Source: Gammaproteobacteria bacterium (GTDB taxonomy: Bacteria > Pseudomonadota > Gammaproteobacteria > Natronospirales > REEB76). From it: a stretch of DNA of 64,000 nt. Positions 60,333 through 64,000 of the stretch are shown here, in pieces. Made by a program: the position numbers and the translations under genes. Positions within the stretch are counted from its first letter, which is position 1. Each line of letters starts with the position of its first letter. The notes under the pieces were generated by a model. That model made no database searches. It saw only the letters and a program-made list of their open reading frames with translations, and had not been told where the DNA came from. The DNA is taken from contig DATIVR010000017.1 in assembly GCA_035465695.1 (NCBI GenBank), positions 71 through 64,070 on the forward strand. Direction: 5' to 3'.

Positions 60333-60946
60333 CTAATTTGCAAAGCTACGCTTCAATATTGGATCGTCGGTTGCAGTTACTGACAGCGACAGACCGCATA
60401 CGTAGCGTGACAGAAGAATTCGGGCACGATGTGATTCTCACGACCAGTTTTGGACCCACCGCTGGCGTCATGCTCAAGCTGGTGACCGATGTCATGCCAA
60501 ATATGCGCGTGATTACCGTGACTCATGGCCATGAAACCGAACGAACCCGTGAGCTCATGGGGATCTATAGCCGGATGCTCAAACTCAATTTAAAAGTGTA
60601 TCAGGCGCCACAACTGCCAATACCTGCTGCGGATAGCGCAGAATTCGTACACTTTACGCGGGTCGTGAAGTTTGAGCCTCTTCAAGCGGCTCTCAAATTG
60701 GAGGCGCCCAAAGTGTGGCTTTCAGGCGTGATGCGCGAAGAAAGCTCCGATCGCCGATTTTTTCCTTACGCACGTACGCGCGGCCGCATACTAGCAGTCT
60801 ACCCGGTGCTCGACTGGACCCCAATGCAAGCTATCGACTTCTGCTTAAGTCACAAGTTGCCCATGAACGAAGATTATTACGACCCCAGCAAGGGTCCGAA
60901 GCAAGACCAGGAATGCGGTATCCACACCCGAGCCTTTGAAGACTGA
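60329..60946 (+). CDS. Short CysH-type phosphoadenosine phosphosulfate (PAPS) reductase-family protein in a low-G+C islet
   Basis: Its ATG overlaps the acuI stop (ATGA, 60329-60332). LNLKVYQAP, VKFEPLQAALK...WLSGVMREESSDRR, VLDWT and C-terminal QECGIH parallel E. coli CysH (LNLKVYRAT, NKVEPMNRALK, GLRREQSGSR, IIDW, ECGLH). It has only 2 Cys, so no Fe-S motif. Confidence 0.8.
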   Translation: MTNLQSYASILDRRLQLLTATDRIRSVTEEFGHDVILTTSFGPTAGVMLKLVTDVMPNMRVITVTHGHETERTRELMGIYSRMLKLNLKVYQAPQLPIPAADSAEFVHFTRVVKFEPLQAALKLEAPKVWLSGVMREESSDRRFFPYARTRGRILAVYPVLDWTPMQAIDFCLSHKLPMNEDYYDPSKGPKQDQECGIHTRAFED

Positions 60947-61221
60947 GAACATCTGTTCCTTCAGGTAAATCTGCTTCACTCAACCAGAGGAGTGTCGCGG
61001 CGAAACAATGTCTGACGCCACCAACCTGAGCTCCAGCTTGGCACACAATATTGGGCTATCCAGGGCGTCGCCGATGGCATATACCCAGCGACGCAAGGGT
61101 ACGAAAGTCCATTCAAGGGCCTAGAACACAGCGTCCTGGGCAACGGACGTGAGGCCAATAAACACGGTAAGATTGGCGGCTCTTGACCCGGTCACCCGGG
61201 ACTTTCCTGAAGAGGTCCGCC

Positions 61222-62112
61222 ATGGTTCAAGCCTCCGCCGGCGCGCGGCTCTGGTCCGCGCTCGAAACTGAACGTCCCTTGCAGGTGGCGGGCGCCATCA
61301 ATGCCTATGCCTCCTTGTTGGCGGAACGGGCCGGCTTCAAGGCGCTCTATCTTTCCGGTGCCGGCGTCGCCAACGCGTCCTTCGGCCTGCCGGATCTCGG
61401 CATGACCTCCCTCAACGACGTCTGCGAAGACATCCGCCGCATCACGGGCGCCACCGAGTTGCCGCTGCTGGTGGATGCGGACACCGGTTGGGGTACCGCC
61501 TTCAACATCTCCCGCACCGCCGCCGAGATGACCCGCGCCGGCGCCGCCGGCATGCATATCGAGGACCAGGTCGCCGCCAAGCGCTGCGGACACCGTCCCG
61601 GCAAGGAGTTGGTGGACGCCGCGGAGATGTGCGATCGCATCAAGTCCGCCGTGGATGGCCGCCCGGATCCGAAGTTCGTGGTCATGGCGCGCACCGATGC
61701 CCACGCCAGCGAAGGCCAACAGGCGGCCCTGGACCGTGCCGCGAAGTACGTGGAGGCGGGCGCCGACATGATCTTCGCCGAAGCCCTCACCACGCTCGAT
61801 GAGTACCGGCAGTTCACCAAGAACGCGAAGGCGCCGGTGCTGGCCAACATCACTGAGTTCGGCAAGACGCCCATGTTCACCACCCGGGAGCTGGGTGACG
61901 CGGGTGTGCGGCTGGTGCTGTACCCGTTGTCCGCCTTCCGCGCCATGAGTAAGGCCGCGGAGCGGGTTTATGCGGAGCTGCGCAAACAAGGCACCCAGAA
62001 GGGCGTGCTGGACACCATGCAGACCCGCGCCGAGCTCTACGACGTACTCGGCTACATGGATTACGAGAAGAAGCTCGACGAATTGTTCAAGCAGGACGCC
62101 AAGAAGAAGTAA
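61222..62112 (+). CDS. prpB: 2-methylisocitrate lyase
   Basis: Start placed at ATG 61222 (GAAGAGG SD). [38 protein letters not shown] and ARTDA motifs of PrpB/ICL-family enzymes. Confidence 0.93.
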   Translation: MVQASAGARLWSALETERPLQVAGAINAYASLLAERAGFKALYLSGAGVANASFGLPDLGMTSLNDVCEDIRRITGATELPLLVDADTGWGTAFNISRTAAEMTRAGAAGMHIEDQVAAKRCGHRPGKELVDAAEMCDRIKSAVDGRPDPKFVVMARTDAHASEGQQAALDRAAKYVEAGADMIFAEALTTLDEYRQFTKNAKAPVLANITEFGKTPMFTTRELGDAGVRLVLYPLSAFRAMSKAAERVYAELRKQGTQKGVLDTMQTRAELYDVLGYMDYEKKLDELFKQDAKKK

Positions 62113-62127
62113 CGGAGGAGCAGGAAC

Positions 62128-63291
62128 ATGGCTGATACAACCCCGGCCCCGGCCGCCGCCCCCAAGGCCAAGAAATCCGTAGCCCTGTCTGGCGTGGTCG
62201 CCGGCAATACCGCGCTTTGCACCGTGGGCCGCAGCGGCAACGACCTGCATTACCGCGGTTACGACATCCTCGATATCGCCGAGAAGTGCGATTTCGAAGA
62301 GGTGGCCTATCTCTTGATTCATGGCAAGCTGCCGAACCGCGCCGAATGCAAGGCCTACAAGGCCAAGCTCAAGGGCTTGCGCGGATTGCCCCAGGTGGTG
62401 CGTACCGCCCTGGAGGCCTTGCCCGCCGCCAGCCACCCGATGGACGTGATGCGCACCGGCGTCTCCGCCCTGGGTTGCGCCACGCCCGAGAAGGATGACC
62501 ACAACGCCGCCGGTGCCCGCGACATCGCCGACAAGCTGGTGGCCTCCCTGGGCTCCATGCTCTGCTACTGGTATCACTGGAGCCATAACGGCCGGCGCAT
62601 CGAGGTGGAGACCGACGACGACTCGGTGGGCGGCCATTTCCTGCACCTGCTGCACGGTACGGAGCCCTCGGATGCCTGGGTGCGTGCCATGCACACCTCG
62701 CTCATCCTCTACGCCGAGCACGAGTTCAATGCCTCCACCTTCACTTGCCGCGTGATCGCCGGCACCGGTTCCGACATGTATTCGGCGATCGCCGGCGGCA
62801 TCGGCGCGTTGCGCGGGCCCAAGCACGGCGGTGCCAACGAGGTGGCTTACGAGATCCAGAGCCGCTATGCGGATCCGGACCAGGCGGAAGCTGATATCCG
62901 CCGCCGCGTGGAGGCGAAGGAAGTCATCATCGGCTTCGGCCATCCGGTCTATACCGTCAGCGATCCGCGCAACGTGGTGATCAAGAAGGTGGCTCAGCAG
63001 CTCTCCAAGGGCGCGGGCGACATGAAGCTCTACGACGTGGCCGAGCGCCTCGAGACGGTGATGAAGAAGACCAAGAACATGTTCCCCAATCTGGACTGGT
63101 TCTCGGCAGTGTCCTATCACGTCATGGGCGTGCCCACCGCCATGTTCACACCGCTGTTCGTGATTGCGCGCACCACCGGCTGGAGCGCCCACGTCATCGA
63201 GCAGCGTGCCGACGGCAAGATCATCCGTCCCAGCGCGAACTACGTCGGCCCAGAAGACCAGAAGTTCGTGCCGATCGAGAAGCGCAAGTAA
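62128..63291 (+). CDS. prpC: 2-methylcitrate synthase
   Basis: 387 aa with [34 protein letters not shown] and GFGHPVY citrate-synthase-family motifs, positioned between prpB and prpD. Confidence 0.93.
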   Translation: MADTTPAPAAAPKAKKSVALSGVVAGNTALCTVGRSGNDLHYRGYDILDIAEKCDFEEVAYLLIHGKLPNRAECKAYKAKLKGLRGLPQVVRTALEALPAASHPMDVMRTGVSALGCATPEKDDHNAAGARDIADKLVASLGSMLCYWYHWSHNGRRIEVETDDDSVGGHFLHLLHGTEPSDAWVRAMHTSLILYAEHEFNASTFTCRVIAGTGSDMYSAIAGGIGALRGPKHGGANEVAYEIQSRYADPDQAEADIRRRVEAKEVIIGFGHPVYTVSDPRNVVIKKVAQQLSKGAGDMKLYDVAERLETVMKKTKNMFPNLDWFSAVSYHVMGVPTAMFTPLFVIARTTGWSAHVIEQRADGKIIRPSANYVGPEDQKFVPIEKRK

Positions 63292-63316
63292 GAGACAACA
63301 ATAGGAATATCAGAAG

Positions 63317-64000
63317 ATGAGCTCCCACGACATCCGTTCCGCCAAGCGCCCCAAGCCGGATCAGGTCATCCAGGACATCGCCGATTACGTCTGCGACTAC
63401 AAGGTGAAGAGCGCCGAGGCCTACAAGACCGCGCGCTACATCCTCATGGATACCTTGGGTTGCGGGATGTTGGCGCTCAACTATCCGGCCTGCACCAAGC
63501 TCCTGGGACCGGTGGTGCCGGGTGCGACGATGCCGGGTGGCGCGCGTGTGCCGGGCACCAGCTTCGAGCTGGATCCCGTGCAAGCGGCCTTCAACATCGG
63601 CGCCATGGTGCGCTGGCTGGACTTCAACGACACCTGGCTGGCGGCGGAGTGGGGCCATCCTTCCGACAATCTGGGCGGTATCCTGGCAGTGGCGGACTAC
63701 GTGTCGCGCCGCAATGTCGCCGAGGGCAAGAAGCCGCTCACGATCAAAGACGTGCTCACAGCCATGATCAAGGCCCATGAGATCCAGGGCGTGCTGGCTC
63801 TCGAGAACAGCTACAACCGCGTTGGCCTGGATCACGTGCTCCTGGTGCGCGTGGCTTCCACGGCGGTGGTCACCCATATGCTGGGCGGCAGCCGCCAGGA
63901 CGTGGTGAACGCCGTGTCCAACGCCTGGATCGACGGCGGCGCACTGCGCACCTATCGCCATGCCCCCAACACCGGCTCCCGCAAGAGCTGGGCCGCGGGT
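63317..64000 (+). CDS. prpD: 2-methylcitrate dehydratase, N-terminal 228 codons (runs off the window)
   Basis: The frame from ATG 63317 reads [30 protein letters not shown]...[38 protein letters not shown]..., typical MmgE/PrpD. Absent from the ORF track because no stop lies in the window. Confidence 0.9.
   Translation, partial: MSSHDIRSAKRPKPDQVIQDIADYVCDYKVKSAEAYKTARYILMDTLGCGMLALNYPACTKLLGPVVPGATMPGGARVPGTSFELDPVQAAFNIGAMVRWLDFNDTWLAAEWGHPSDNLGGILAVADYVSRRNVAEGKKPLTIKDVLTAMIKAHEIQGVLALENSYNRVGLDHVLLVRVASTAVVTHMLGGSRQDVVNAVSNAWIDGGALRTYRHAPNTGSRKSWAAG

Noticed and set aside
61008-61124. 38-codon + strand ORF (MSDATNLSSSLAHNIGLSRASPMAYTQRRKGTKVHSRA) in the low-G+C spacer before prpB
   Set aside because: There is no Shine-Dalgarno sequence at suitable spacing (the nearest GGAG is about 15 nt away), no recognisable motif, and it is below any confident length. 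It might be a remnant of a degraded gene, but I cannot support it as a feature.

Overview
Dense chromosomal window from a high-G+C genome. Hand-counted 60-nt lines are mostly 60-72% G+C. The gene content looks gammaproteobacterial (E. coli-type long FadE, ExeA/ExeB, YajQ, type-2 Mdh), but this is inference only, since no database search was possible. I support about 53 protein genes and see no rRNA, tRNA, CRISPR array, transposase, integrase or phage genes. Most other long ORFs in the track are antisense or out-of-frame shadows typical of high-G+C DNA. Two edge-truncated genes are missing from the track: a TetR regulator at 1-564 (-) and prpD at 63317-64000 (+). Contents: (1) housekeeping genes: murB, nfi, a SerB-like/SerA fusion, dinB, a thioesterase-fadE operon, mdh, purT, yajQ, acuI and prpBCD; (2) many exported hydrolases and surface proteins: two M28 peptidases, an S9 peptidase, twin amidohydrolases, an LpqC-type esterase, a 14-repeat FG-GAP protein and Toastrack/DUF4097 proteins; (3) c-di-GMP signalling: REC-REC-GGDEF, membrane-GAF-GGDEF and PAS-GGDEF-EAL; (4) an ExeA/ExeB pair; (5) a CHASE2-Ser/Thr kinase. 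The best candidate for an undescribed system is the co-directional, partly translationally coupled cluster at 38.7-46.9 kb. It starts at an AT-rich promoter-like region. It encodes, in order: an exported protein with four tandem TonB-box-like repeats, a YtrA-type GntR regulator, an ABC ATPase, a polytopic membrane protein, a BON lipoprotein, two tandem Toastrack/DUF4097 paralogs, a membrane-anchored SxxK serine hydrolase, a CPBP protease and YajQ. The second candidate is a roughly 0.9-kb low-G+C islet at about 60.3-61.2 kb. It carries a short CysH-type PAPS-reductase homolog whose start overlaps the acuI stop, just upstream of prpBCD. All product names come from motif recognition by eye. Start codons are provisional where noted.
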